Origin: an uncultured delta proteobacterium
Lineage (GTDB): Bacteria > Desulfobacterota > Binatia > UBA9968
Assembly: GCA_963840855.1 (NCBI GenBank)
Contig: CAWJBB010000058.1
Location: forward strand, 42,057-106,056
Length of the DNA stretch: 64,000 nucleotides
Direction of reading: 5' to 3'
Shown: one piece after another, positions 52,292-63,038 of the stretch
Position numbering within the stretch: position 1 is the first letter of the stretch
Layout: each line of letters begins with the position of its first letter
The notes under the pieces: model-generated
Databases searched by the model: none
What the model was told of the DNA's origin: nothing
Seen by the model: the letters and a program-made list of their open reading frames with translations, nothing else
Position numbers and translations under genes: made by a program

Positions 52292-53725
52292 TCAATGCAT
52301 CAGCACCCAGGTGTCCTTGCTGCCGCCGCCCTGAGAGGAATTGACCACCAGCGAACCCTCTTTCAGCGCCACACGAGTCAATCCGCCGGGCAGCACGTAG
52401 ATGTCCGCGCCGTAAAGCACATAGGGTCTAAGATCGACGTGGCGCCCCGCGACCTGACCGTTGACGATGACCGGCACGCGCGACAGCCCCAGCGTCGGCT
52501 GCGCGATATAGTTGCGCGGGTTATCCCGGATTCGCCCGGCGAACTCGGCGCGCTCCTCGGGCCTGGCATGCGGCCCGACCAGCATGCCGTAGCCGCCGGA
52601 TTCGTTGACCGCTTTGACGACCAGTATGTCCAGATTCGCAATCACGTATTCCAGCTGCTTCGGCTCGGCGCAGATGTAGGTCGGCACGTTGGGAATGATG
52701 ATCTTTTCGCCCAGGTAGTATTCGATCATCTGCGGCACATACGCGTAGATCGATTTGTCATCGGCGATTCCCGTCCCCGGCGCATTGGCCAGAGCCACGC
52801 GGCCCTTCTTGTAAATCTCCATGATGCCGGGCACGCCGAGCAACGAGTCCGGCCGGAAAACCTGAGGATCGAGAAAATCGTCGTCGATCCGGCGATATAA
52901 AACATCCACGGGCTCAATCCCCTTGGTGGTGCGCATCATGATGCGGTTGTCGGCCGCCACCAAGTCGCTCCCCTCGACCAACTCCACGCCCATCTGCTGC
53001 GCCAGAAAGGAGTGCTCGTAGTAGGCCGAGTTATAGATGCCGGGGGTCAACAAAGCCACCTTGGGCGATTCCATCGCGGCGGGGAACAGCGACTGCAGCG
53101 TCGACAGCAAACGGCTCGGATATTCATCCACCGGCCGCACCCGCGAGGCCTCGAAGACCTGAGGAAAGGTCCGTTTCAAAATGCGGCGGTTTTCGAGGAC
53201 ATAAGAAACTCCCGACGGACAGCGGAGATTGTCCTCGAGCACATAGATCTGGCCGTCGCGATCGCGCACCAGATCGGTTCCGGTAATATGGCACCAAACC
53301 CTTTGCGGCGGATTGAGCCCGACGCACGCTTTTCTGAAAGAACGAGCCGACTGGATGAGATAGTCTGGGACGACTCCATCCTTGACGATCTTCTGCTCGT
53401 GATAAATATCGTCGACAAACAAGTTGAGCGCGTAGACCCGCTGCTTCAAACCTTTCTCGATCCAATCCCATTCAGCGGCTTCGACGATGCGCGGTATGAT
53501 ATCGAAGGGAAAAATTTTTTCCGTCGCCGCGCTATCGCTGTAAACGTTGAAGGTGATACCGTTCTGCAGCAGCAAGCGCTCGGCCGCGGCCTGGCGGGCG
53601 AGCAGTTCACCTTCGGGCAGCCCGTCGATGCGCTGTTGCAGCAAACGGGAGCCGCTGCGCGGCGTGCCGTCGGCGAGAAACATCTCGTCATAAAAATCCG
53701 CCATGCTATAGGACGCAAATTTCAT
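52292..53725 (-). CDS. Circularly permuted type 2 ATP-grasp protein
   Basis: [44 protein letters not shown]. Confidence 0.93.
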   Translation of the reverse strand: MKFASYSMADFYDEMFLADGTPRSGSRLLQQRIDGLPEGELLARQAAAERLLLQNGITFNVYSDSAATEKIFPFDIIPRIVEAAEWDWIEKGLKQRVYALNLFVDDIYHEQKIVKDGVVPDYLIQSARSFRKACVGLNPPQRVWCHITGTDLVRDRDGQIYVLEDNLRCPSGVSYVLENRRILKRTFPQVFEASRVRPVDEYPSRLLSTLQSLFPAAMESPKVALLTPGIYNSAYYEHSFLAQQMGVELVEGSDLVAADNRIMMRTTKGIEPVDVLYRRIDDDFLDPQVFRPDSLLGVPGIMEIYKKGRVALANAPGTGIADDKSIYAYVPQMIEYYLGEKIIIPNVPTYICAEPKQLEYVIANLDILVVKAVNESGGYGMLVGPHARPEERAEFAGRIRDNPRNYIAQPTLGLSRVPVIVNGQVAGRHVDLRPYVLYGADIYVLPGGLTRVALKEGSLVVNSSQGGGSKDTWVLMH

Positions 53726-53794
53726 AGGCGACAGAAACTACAGTTAACTCTATACGGCTGTTTGGCTCGCACGATATACCCTAGTTGAAACCAG

Positions 53795-53810
53795 AGCAAC
53801 GAACATGCCA
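53795..53810 (-). promoter_or_regulatory. Sigma54 (-24/-12) promoter
   Basis: Minus strand TGGCATGTTCGTTGCT: GG-N10-GC, ~70 nt upstream of the ATP-grasp start. Confidence 0.65.
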
Positions 53811-54114
53811 GCGCTGTTTCTTGGCGCTTTTAACCAGGGCGATTGCCCGCTTTGCATGCGAATGGTTAAATTTTCGGCAATTCGTTGCCCATGTTTTGAT
53901 CGGTGGTCGTCTCGGACCCGTGGCAATAAGGATGCCATACGCGGCGCTTCCTTGCTCGGCGCCGACGATTCTCCCATGGCCCCGCCTGCCGCTGCTTCGG
54001 ATGCGCGCCGCGATGATTCCCGCCAATCGACGTGCGGTGACAAATTATCCGTTGCTTGATCCCGCTTCTCGATTACTCTAGATTAATGTCTTTCCGAAGC
54101 GAGCGTCTCCGCTT

Positions 54115-57100
54115 ATGTCCATCCACGTTGGTCTGCGCCACGTTACCCACTACCGATACGACAGACAGGTCAAACTGGGGCCACAAGTTCTTCGCCTGCG
54201 TCCGGCGCCACACTGCCGCACGCGCATATTGAGCTACTCGCTGCGGGTTTCGCCGGACAAACATTTTATCAATTGGCAGCAAGACCCTCAGGCGAATTTT
54301 TTGGCGCGCCTGGTGTTTCCCGAGACCACCGACGAATTTCGCATCGAGGTCGATCTCGTCGCCGAAATGGCGGTGATCAATCCGTTTGATTTTTTCCTAG
54401 AGCCGCGCGCCGAGCAATATCCATTTGAATACGAGTCATGGCAACGGGACGAGCTGGCGCCCTATCTGCGGCGGGAACCGCTTACACCGTTTTTTGAGCG
54501 TTATCTCGGCGCGATTCAGCGTGGGCCGCGGCGCTGCGTGGATTTTCTCGTCAACTTGAACGCGCAATTGGCGCGCGACGTTAAATATTTGATACGTCTC
54601 GAACCGGGCGTGCAGACGCCGGAAGAGACCCTGGCCAAAGGTTCGGGGTCGTGCCGCGACTCCGGCTGGCTGCTGGTACAGATCCTTCGCCATCTGGGGC
54701 TGGCCGCGCGTTTTGTCTCGGGTTATCTGATTCAGCTCACCGCCGATGTGAAGTCCCTCGACGGTCCATCCGGACCGGAAAAAGATTTCACCGATCTTCA
54801 TGCCTGGGCCGAGGTTTACTTACCGGGCGCGGGCTGGATCGGTCTCGACCCGACCTCGGGATTATTCGCGGGAGAAGGACATCTGCCGCTCGTTTGCACG
54901 CCGGAGCCGGCCTCGGCGGCGCCGGTGACGGGAAAGGTGGACGATTGCAAGGTCGAGTTTATCCACAAGATGTCGCTCACGCGCATCTGGGAAGCGCCCC
55001 GCGTCACCAAGCCCTACACCGAAGAGCAATGGCAGGCCATCGACCGCCTCGGCCATGCCGTCGACGCAGATCTAAAAAAGCATGACGTCAGGCTGACCAT
55101 GGGCGGTGAACCGACCTTCGTTTCCATGGACGATCCCGACGGCGAGGAGTGGAAGACCGCTGCCCTCGGACCCGACAAGCGCAAGCTCGCTGCCGACCTT
55201 TATCATCGCCTGCGCCAACGCTACGGCGCCAACGGTCTCGTCCACTTCGGCCAGGGCAAATGGTATCCCGGCGAACCACTGCCGCGCTGGTCGCTCAACT
55301 GTTTTTGGCGCGCCGACGGCGAGCCCATCTGGCGCGACAATTCGTTGATCGCGGACGAGACCCAACCCGGCAAGGCGACCGCTGCGACGGCAGAGGATTT
55401 TCTCCGCGGTGTAGCCGAACGACTCGGCTTGGACCTCCAACATATTTTTCCAGCCTACGAAGACCTGTATTACTACCTGTGGCGCGAGCACCGCTTGCCC
55501 GCCAACGTCGATCCCTTCGACTCGCGGCTCGAGGATCCGCTCGAACGCGAGCGGCTGATGCGTGTGCTCACCCAAGGGCTAAAACAAGTCGTCGGTCACG
55601 CTCTGCCGGTGGCGCGCGACTTTGCGACCGGACGGTGGCGCAGCGGAGCTTGGTTTTTGCGCTCTGAGCACTGTTATCTGTTGCCCGGCGATTCGCCGAT
55701 GGGCTACCGCCTGCCGCTCGATTCGCTGCCGTGGACGAGCGCCAACGATTACCCGCATATTTTTCCGCCGGATCCGGCTCAGCCGCTGCCGCCGCTTGCC
55801 ACTCACGCACAAATCCGCTTTCAGCTGGGCGCAACAAAATCCGTAGACAGCGAAACCGCGAGTCGCAGCGGCGGCTCGGAAAATCGCGGACAAACCGAAC
55901 GCGTGCCCGCCAAGCATGAGAGCGCGGCCTGGATCTCGCGCACGGCGCTCTGCGCCGAGCCGCGCAACGGGGTGCTTTACATTTTCATGCCGCCGGTAAG
56001 TTCCGTCGAAGATTATCTCGAACTCGTTTCGGCCGTGGAAGCCACCGCCGAAGCGATGCGCCAACCGATCATGTTGGAAGGCTACGAGCCACCGCGCGAT
56101 CCGCGTTTGAAAAACTTTCGCATCACCCCCGACCCCGGCGTGATTGAAGTCAATATTCATCCTTCGGCAAGCTGGCAAGATCTCAGCGAGCGCACGACTT
56201 TTCTTTACGAAACGGCGCGCGCCTGCCGCTTGTCGACGGAAAAGTTCATGCTCGACGGCCGCCACACCGGCACCGGCGGCGGCAATCATTTCGCCCTCGG
56301 CGGCGCCACGCCGGCGGATTCGCCGTGGCTACGGCGGCCGGATCTTTTGCGCAGTTTGTTGAGTTACTGGCACAACCACCCGTCGCTTTCTTATCTCTTC
56401 AACGGGCTTTTTATCGGGCCGACCTCGCAAGCGCCGCGCCTCGACGAAGCGCGCAACGACTCCGTGCGCGAAATCGAAGTGGCGTTCCGCGAGATGGAGC
56501 GGCGCGCGAATTCGCAGCCCGACGATTGCCCGCCCTGGCTCATCGACCGGCTGCTGCGCAATTTGCTGATCGACGTCACCGGCAACACCCACCGCGCCGA
56601 ATTCTGCATCGACAAACTCTACTCGCCGGACAGCGCCACGGGGCGCCTGGGCCTGCTCGAAATGCGCGCCTTCGAGATGCCGCCGCACGCGCGCATGAGT
56701 CTAACCCAACAGCTATTGATCCGCGCGCTGATCGCGCGCTTCTGGCAGACACCCTACGCGCCGCCGCGTCTGGTGCGCTGGGGCACGGAATTGCACGACC
56801 GTTTTCTTTTGCCGCACTTTGTCTGGCTCGACTTCGAAGACGTGATCGGTGAACTGAATCAAGCCGGCTATGGCTTCGATCCGGCGTGGTTCGCGCCGCA
56901 CTTTGAATTTCGTTTTCCTAGATACGGCAACTTCGCCGCGCGGGGCATCGAATTGGAATTGCGCGGCGCGCTGGAGCCCTGGCATGTTTTGGGCGAAGAG
57001 GGCGCCGCCGGCGGCACCGCGCGCTACGTCGACTCGTCGCTGGAACGAATGCAAATCAAAGTAACCGGACTCGCGCCGGATCGCTACGCGATCACGTGCA

Positions 57101-57453
57101 ACGGTGTGCCGCTGCCGCTCCGGTCCACCGGCACCGTCGGTGAATTTGTCGCCGGCGTGCGCTATCGCGCCTGGCAGCCGCCCTCGGCTCTGCACCCGAC
57201 CATCGGCGTGCACACGCCGCTCACCTTTGATATCGTCGACCGCTGGATGAAGCGCAGCCTGGGCGGCTGCCAATACCACGTCATGCACCCCGGCGGCCGC
57301 AGCTATGAGGTCTTTCCCGTCAACGCCTTCGAAGCCGAGAGCCGCCGTCTCGAACGGTTCTTCCGCATCGGTCACACGCCGGGAGCGCTTGAAGTAAGCG
57401 CAGCGCGCGTCGACCCGGAGTTTCCCTTCACCCTCGATTTGCGTAAAATCTAG
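54115..57453 (+). CDS. Transglutaminase-like + DUF2126 (putative amidoligase) fusion protein
   Basis: GSCRDS, DLHAWAEVY, GLDPT; MGGEPTFVS, PDPGVIEVN, GTGGGNH. Confidence 0.92.
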   Translation: MSIHVGLRHVTHYRYDRQVKLGPQVLRLRPAPHCRTRILSYSLRVSPDKHFINWQQDPQANFLARLVFPETTDEFRIEVDLVAEMAVINPFDFFLEPRAEQYPFEYESWQRDELAPYLRREPLTPFFERYLGAIQRGPRRCVDFLVNLNAQLARDVKYLIRLEPGVQTPEETLAKGSGSCRDSGWLLVQILRHLGLAARFVSGYLIQLTADVKSLDGPSGPEKDFTDLHAWAEVYLPGAGWIGLDPTSGLFAGEGHLPLVCTPEPASAAPVTGKVDDCKVEFIHKMSLTRIWEAPRVTKPYTEEQWQAIDRLGHAVDADLKKHDVRLTMGGEPTFVSMDDPDGEEWKTAALGPDKRKLAADLYHRLRQRYGANGLVHFGQGKWYPGEPLPRWSLNCFWRADGEPIWRDNSLIADETQPGKATAATAEDFLRGVAERLGLDLQHIFPAYEDLYYYLWREHRLPANVDPFDSRLEDPLERERLMRVLTQGLKQVVGHALPVARDFATGRWRSGAWFLRSEHCYLLPGDSPMGYRLPLDSLPWTSANDYPHIFPPDPAQPLPPLATHAQIRFQLGATKSVDSETASRSGGSENRGQTERVPAKHESAAWISRTALCAEPRNGVLYIFMPPVSSVEDYLELVSAVEATAEAMRQPIMLEGYEPPRDPRLKNFRITPDPGVIEVNIHPSASWQDLSERTTFLYETARACRLSTEKFMLDGRHTGTGGGNHFALGGATPADSPWLRRPDLLRSLLSYWHNHPSLSYLFNGLFIGPTSQAPRLDEARNDSVREIEVAFREMERRANSQPDDCPPWLIDRLLRNLLIDVTGNTHRAEFCIDKLYSPDSATGRLGLLEMRAFEMPPHARMSLTQQLLIRALIARFWQTPYAPPRLVRWGTELHDRFLLPHFVWLDFEDVIGELNQAGYGFDPAWFAPHFEFRFPRYGNFAARGIELELRGALEPWHVLGEEGAAGGTARYVDSSLERMQIKVTGLAPDRYAITCNGVPLPLRSTGTVGEFVAGVRYRAWQPPSALHPTIGVHTPLTFDIVDRWMKRSLGGCQYHVMHPGGRSYEVFPVNAFEAESRRLERFFRIGHTPGALEVSAARVDPEFPFTLDLRKI

Positions 57454-57626
57454 GCTGAAAATATTTCGGAATGCTTCGACCAGGACATCGGCAAGCTCGT
57501 GACCGGCAAATACCAATATCAAGTCCGCACCGTTCGCCTGAGTTCTCGAAGGGTGAACGGCGGTTTTGAGACGACATGCGTATCGCAAGGATTATCAATC
57601 GAAACTCTAAACTAGTATTTTGGCAC

Positions 57627-60140
57627 ATGGCCCGTTCAAAAGCATTTGTGAACTATCTTCCCAAGCCCGATCATTACGACGAAGTTTTCGATACCAACGG
57701 ACGCCCGCGCCTGCACTGGGCGCCCTTGGCCCAAGCGTCGCGGCGCGCCAGCCGCACGGCGCTGTCACGCCGCGCCGGCGCGATTCGTCGCGCCGTCGAG
57801 CAGGACGGTGTCACGTACAACATTTATGGCGATCCCAAAGGCACCGACCGCCCCTGGGAAGTGGATCTGCTGCCGTTCGTGATCGCGGCGGAGGAATGGC
57901 AATTTCTTGCGAAAGCGGTCGACCAGCGCGCGCGCCTGATGAATGGCCTACTCGCCGACCTCTACGGCGCCAACCGCCTGCTCGCCGAAGGGTTGATCCC
58001 GCCGGCGATTATTCACGGCCATCACAATTATTTATGGCCCTGCCGCGGCATCGAGCCGCCGGGCGGCACATTCCTGCATCTCTATGCCTGCGATCTTGCC
58101 CGCTCGCCGGACGGCCGGTGGTGGGTGATTGGCGATCGCACCCAGGGCCCCTCCGGGGCCGGTTACGCGGTGCAAAACCGTCTCATCGTTACCCCTTTGT
58201 ATGAAAACATGTTTCGCTCCCTCGGCGTGCAGCGCCTGGCGAATTTCTTTCGTGCCCTGCAGCAGCGGCTGGCGGCTCTTGCTCCCAGCGCCGGCGACGC
58301 GCCGCTGGTCGCGCTGCTGACTCCAGGACCTTACAACGAAACCTATTTCGAGCATGTTTTTCTGGCGCGCTACCTGGGCTTCGCGCTGGTGGAAGGCTCG
58401 GACCTCACGGTGCGCGACAATTGTGTTTATCTAAAAACATTGGAAGGTCTAAAGCGCGTGCACGCGATATTGCGCCGCCTGGACGATGAATTCTGCGATC
58501 CCGCGGCGCTGCGCACCGATTCTACTCTGGGGGTAGCCGGATTAATCTCGGCGGCGCGCGCGGGCAACGTCGTGATCGCCAACGCCCTCGGCTCGGGTGT
58601 CCTGGAGTCGCCGGCGTTGCCGGGGTTTTTACCCGCCATCTGCGAGACCCTGCTTGGCGAACCCTTGGCGCTGCCTTCGGTGGCAACCTGGTGGTGCGGC
58701 GAAGCGCCGGCACTCGATTACGCCGTGACCCATCTGCCCGACCTGGTGATCAAACCAGCCTTTCCCTCCATGAAGCTCGAACCGACCTTTGGCCATACCC
58801 TTGATCGCGCCGGGCGTGAAGCAATGGCCGAGCGCATGCGCGCCACGCCCCATGCGTTTGTCGCTCAGGAATGGGTGCGCCTCTCTCAAGCGCCCACCTG
58901 GTCACGCGACAAGGAAAGGTTCGAACCCCGTGTCGTCGGCTTGCGTCTTTACGCCGCGGCCAGCGGCGACGGCTACGATGTGATGCCGGGCGGGCTGGCG
59001 CGGGTGGCCCCGGAGTCGGCAACCGACGTGATCACCATGCAGCGCGGCGGTTCGAGCAAAGATGTGTGGGTGCTGGGCGACGGCACGGCGGCTTGGCAGT
59101 CATTATTGATGCCACGGCTCAAAGCCCGCGACATCGTGCGCGGGGGATTTTATTCGCCGTCGCGCGCGGTCGAAAACATGTTTTGGATGGGACGCTACAG
59201 CGAACGCGTCGAAAACGTGGCGCGAATGCTGCGCGCCATAACCCAGCGGCTCACGGAGAGCGATCCATCGCGCATGGCGGCCGTCGAGCTGCTTACGGCA
59301 TGGTCCGACAAAGCGCGCCTGCGCGAGTTGGCGCCTGAGCCGGATGCGCCGGCGGCGGCCAAGAAAAAACCCGTCACAAGTCCGGACGCTGACTGGTTGC
59401 TGGCGGCGGTCGGCAATCACGCGGCGGTCAACGGTGTTGCCGCCAACACCGCGCGCCTCCTCTACTGCGCCAGCCAGCTGCGCGACCGCATGTCCCTCGA
59501 CAACTGGCGCACCGTGCAGCGTCTTGCGCGCGCCCACGAGCCGGCGCCGACCGGGTTGGAGGAGGCATTAACGGTACTCGACCGGGTCCTTCCCGTCTGC
59601 ACCGCGTTAGCCGGCTTTGCGCATGACGATATGACGCGGGACGACACCTGGCGGTTTCTCATGATGGGACGGCAGCTGGAGCGCACCACGTTCTTGAGCG
59701 CGCTGACGACGCAGATCCTCGCGCTGCCAGACCAGGAGCTCGACCTCGTGCTTGGCGCGGTGCTGGAAATCGGCAACATCACGATGACTTACCGGGCGCG
59801 TTACCAACGCCAGCCCGAGCTGCTGCCGGTCGTCGACCTGCTGGTGCTCGACGAATCGAACCCTCATTCGGTCAGTTTCCAGCTGGCGGCGCTCTGCGAA
59901 CAACTGCAACAAGTCAAGACCCGGTTGGGATTCGCGCCGCTCAACGATCTGCGATCGCTGCTGCAGGCCCTGCGGGGTTTAGACCTTGGTTTTTTGGAAA
60001 GTCTCCGCCCGCCGCATAATGCACCCCTCTCCGCTCTCCTTGCCGCCTGCGAGCGCTGCGCCTACGGACTTTCCGACGAGCTCACACAGCGATTTTTCAT
60101 CCACGCGGGCGAGCGCCCGCAAGCGAGCGTGGCAGCATGA
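57627..60140 (+). CDS. Circularly permuted ATP-grasp + alpha-E fusion protein
   Basis: DRTQGPSGAGY, PGPYNETYFEH, GGSSKDVWV, then FWMGRYSER. Confidence 0.92.
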   Translation: MARSKAFVNYLPKPDHYDEVFDTNGRPRLHWAPLAQASRRASRTALSRRAGAIRRAVEQDGVTYNIYGDPKGTDRPWEVDLLPFVIAAEEWQFLAKAVDQRARLMNGLLADLYGANRLLAEGLIPPAIIHGHHNYLWPCRGIEPPGGTFLHLYACDLARSPDGRWWVIGDRTQGPSGAGYAVQNRLIVTPLYENMFRSLGVQRLANFFRALQQRLAALAPSAGDAPLVALLTPGPYNETYFEHVFLARYLGFALVEGSDLTVRDNCVYLKTLEGLKRVHAILRRLDDEFCDPAALRTDSTLGVAGLISAARAGNVVIANALGSGVLESPALPGFLPAICETLLGEPLALPSVATWWCGEAPALDYAVTHLPDLVIKPAFPSMKLEPTFGHTLDRAGREAMAERMRATPHAFVAQEWVRLSQAPTWSRDKERFEPRVVGLRLYAAASGDGYDVMPGGLARVAPESATDVITMQRGGSSKDVWVLGDGTAAWQSLLMPRLKARDIVRGGFYSPSRAVENMFWMGRYSERVENVARMLRAITQRLTESDPSRMAAVELLTAWSDKARLRELAPEPDAPAAAKKKPVTSPDADWLLAAVGNHAAVNGVAANTARLLYCASQLRDRMSLDNWRTVQRLARAHEPAPTGLEEALTVLDRVLPVCTALAGFAHDDMTRDDTWRFLMMGRQLERTTFLSALTTQILALPDQELDLVLGAVLEIGNITMTYRARYQRQPELLPVVDLLVLDESNPHSVSFQLAALCEQLQQVKTRLGFAPLNDLRSLLQALRGLDLGFLESLRPPHNAPLSALLAACERCAYGLSDELTQRFFIHAGERPQASVAA

Positions 60141-61045
60141 GTGAAAACGGCGCGCAACGCTACCGGGTCGAACATCATACCGCCTACCGCTACTCGGAAC
60201 CGGTGATGCTGTCTCATCAGCAGCTTCACCTGACCCCGCGACCGCTGGATTATCAGCAATGCAGCGCCCATGAAGTCGTCATCCGACCGAATCCGACTTC
60301 GCGGCGCGAATTCATCGACGCGTTCGGCAATCCCGTGGCCGAGCTCGCCATTGAAACAGCCCACAGCGCGCTGGATATCGTCGCCCGGACCGCCGTCGAA
60401 GTGACGCGCCGCCCGCCGGTGGAATTTCACAAAACCCCCGCCTGGGAAACGGTTCGCGAAGCGCTCGCCTACCGCGCCGCGTGGCATCCCGGCCCGGCGA
60501 TTCTCGATGCCACGCAGTATCTCTTCGAGTCCCCTTACGCTCGGGTGAAACGCAGCCTCAGGGCCTATGCCGCCGATTGCTTTGAAACGGGCCGGCCGAT
60601 TCTAGCGGCGGCGACAGCGCTGATGGAGAAAATTCACGGCGAGTTTAAATTCGATGCGGCAGCGACCAACGTCACGACGCCGGTGATGAAATTTTTCGAA
60701 CAGAAGTGCGGCGTGTGTCAGGACTTTACCCATTTGATGATTTCGTGCTTGCGTTCGACCGGGCTGGCAGCGCGTTATGTGAGCGGCTATTTGTTCACGC
60801 GCCGGGCGCCCGGCAAGCCGCGCCGCGTCGGCGCCGATGTTTCCCACGCGTGGGTATCTCTATTCATCCCCGGCAGTGGTTGGATCGACCTCGATCCGAC
60901 CAACAATGTTTTCCCTTCGTCGGAACATATTACCCTTGGATGGGGTCGCGACTTCGCCGACGTCACGCCGCTGCGCGGCGTCATTAACGGCGGCGGCGAG
61001 CAAACCCTCGAAGTCAAGGTGACCGTCGAGCCTGTAGGGGTTTAG
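60137..61045 (+). CDS. Transglutaminase family protein
   Basis: GVCQDFTH, SHAWV, LDPTN, GRDFADV. Confidence 0.92.
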   Translation: MSENGAQRYRVEHHTAYRYSEPVMLSHQQLHLTPRPLDYQQCSAHEVVIRPNPTSRREFIDAFGNPVAELAIETAHSALDIVARTAVEVTRRPPVEFHKTPAWETVREALAYRAAWHPGPAILDATQYLFESPYARVKRSLRAYAADCFETGRPILAAATALMEKIHGEFKFDAAATNVTTPVMKFFEQKCGVCQDFTHLMISCLRSTGLAARYVSGYLFTRRAPGKPRRVGADVSHAWVSLFIPGSGWIDLDPTNNVFPSSEHITLGWGRDFADVTPLRGVINGGGEQTLEVKVTVEPVGV

Positions 61046-61068
61046 TTAGATTCAACAGACGTATCAAT

Positions 61069-61124
61069 GTAGGGGCGACCCCCTGTGGTCGCCCTGATTC
61101 GGGCAGGCACGCGGCGGCCCCTAC
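61069..61124. repeat. GTAG-type REP-like repeat
   Basis: Inverted near-copy of 3508-3559. Confidence 0.75.
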
Positions 61125-61852
61125 TACTCGGTCAGTGTCATCAAAACATCGGCATACCAGGCGCAGTTAAGATCAAGACGCTCGTCCTGAGCGATATCAC
61201 GGTCGGCCACGTCCATGCGCGCCGCGTGCACGCCCAAGAGCATCCAGGCGAGATCGCCGCGGCCGGAGCGCTCAGTGGTAACGCGGGTCACCACCGGCGC
61301 GCCGCTGGTGCCGCGGTGCATCCTGGCGTCCGTCAGGAAATAACCTTGTCCCTGAAAACGAATACCGAATGCAGAAGCGATCACCGCCTGGCGCGCCACC
61401 GGCAAGTGATGCAAGGTATCGTGAAACCCCAACGGAAAACCAACGATCAGCACGGGCGTTCCCACTTCGACCTGATCCAACTCGGCGACCAGATGAGCCG
61501 GCGTAAACGCCGATAGAATGATCGACTCAGGCAGAGCCGGTCGTTGAATCTCCACGGCGACGACGTCAACGGTGCCACCGGAATCAATGCCTTGGCGCCA
61601 AAGCGGTTGGTTTCCTCCATAAAGTGGAATCGACCACTGAATCACCGCACCGATGTTTTTCGGATCCACGTGCAGCTCGACTTCCAGCCGGTCCGGCCGG
61701 TGGTTGCTGGCCTCGTCCAACACGACGTGCCGGCTGGTCACTAAAAACAATCGGTCATCGCGCTCGAAGAAAAAACCGGTGGCGCCGGTCAGCGGCTTGT
61801 CGCCCGACATGGTCGAGACCCGGGTCACCGCCAATAGCAATGATTCAATCAA
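61124..61852 (-). CDS. Trypsin-like serine protease
   Basis: ATGFF, VTSRHV (His), DVVAV (Asp), GTSGAPV (Ser). Confidence 0.85.
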   Translation of the reverse strand: MIESLLLAVTRVSTMSGDKPLTGATGFFFERDDRLFLVTSRHVVLDEASNHRPDRLEVELHVDPKNIGAVIQWSIPLYGGNQPLWRQGIDSGGTVDVVAVEIQRPALPESIILSAFTPAHLVAELDQVEVGTPVLIVGFPLGFHDTLHHLPVARQAVIASAFGIRFQGQGYFLTDARMHRGTSGAPVVTRVTTERSGRGDLAWMLLGVHAARMDVADRDIAQDERLDLNCAWYADVLMTLTE

Positions 61853-62557
61853 GCGGGTCCAGCCTTCGGCCGCCGTCCCTGGCCGAAAAGAATTTTCTTC
61901 GCTTCCTCGCTCATCCCTCTGGCATCCGGATTGACCTTGCGCGCCGCCTCATAGGCCCGCTTGACGGCGTCGCGCTTTTGAATGGTTTCGAACCAGCGCT
62001 TGAGATCGGGAAAATCGTTTAGGTCCTGGCCCTGCCGCTCGTGTAAGACGATCCAGGGATAACACGCCATGTCGGCGATCGAATAGTCGCCGGCGATGAA
62101 TTCGCGGTCCGCGAGCCGTTCGTCGAGTATGCCGTAGAGCCGCTCGGTTTCCTTGGTGTAGCGCTCGATGGCGTAGGTAATTTTCTCGGCGGCGTAGCCA
62201 CGGAAGTGATGGTTCTGCCCAAGCATCGGTCCGAGACCGCCCATTTGCCAGAAAAGCCATTGCATGACCTCGGCGCGCCCGCGCACATCTCTAGGCAGAA
62301 ACTTGCCGGTTTTATCGGCGAGATATTCGAGAATCGCGCCCGACTCGAAAATGCTCAGCGGCCCTTTGCCGTCGCCCGGTTCGAGATCGACGATCGCCGG
62401 TATCCGATTGTTCGGCGAAATTTTCAAAAACTCCGGCGCGAACTGCTCGCCCTTGCCTATATTTATCGGTTTGAGCGTGTAAGGCAGGCCCGTCTCCTCT
62501 AAAAAGATCGTGATCTTATGCCCGTTGGGCGTCGTCCAATAATAAAAGATCGATCAT
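61849..62557 (-). CDS. Glutathione S-transferase (YfcG/YghU-like), frameshift near the start
   Basis: MIDL-YYWTTPNGHK restored by removing one T; SPNNRIP, FESGAIL, QMGGLGPM. Confidence 0.88.
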
Positions 62558-62597
62558 AATTCCTCCAAGAAGGCGCGAGGCGTGAGTAATAGCAAAG

Positions 62598-62951
62598 TTA
62601 AGAGAGTTTTGAAACCAGCGTAGCAATCATTCTGCTAATCTCCTCAATTTCATTCAAAACAGAATCAGCATCCGCCGGTTGCAGGCAATCTTAACCTTTT
62701 CGCCAAGAGAACCTGAGTCTCCAACTCGAGCAACGAACCACGACCAATCGAAAGATGGTGCCTATATTCTCCAGTCGCTTGCCGTCCGTAACCTTCAGCG
62801 ATGTTTGACGGCACGGATATCGCTGCTCTCCTCATTTGAGAGACCAATCCCCACTGCTCCACGGACGGGAAACTTCCCGTGAGACGGTACACAGTCTCAA
62901 CTAAGTCCATGCTCCGTTGCCACACCAAAGATCTTTGTGGCTTTTAACCAT
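62598..62951 (-). CDS. Four-helix-bundle protein (23S rRNA IVP/TIGR02436-like), with small frameshifts
   Basis: KDL.VWQRSM...QMRRAAISVPSNIAEGYGR...GSLLELETQ. Confidence 0.85.
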
Positions 62952-63038
62952 CTCACTCCAGCGACTCTTTCGGCGTTGTGGAATGCTCTTATCTTTTACT
63001 CTACTCACGCCTCGCGCCTCATGCCTCAAGCCTCACGC

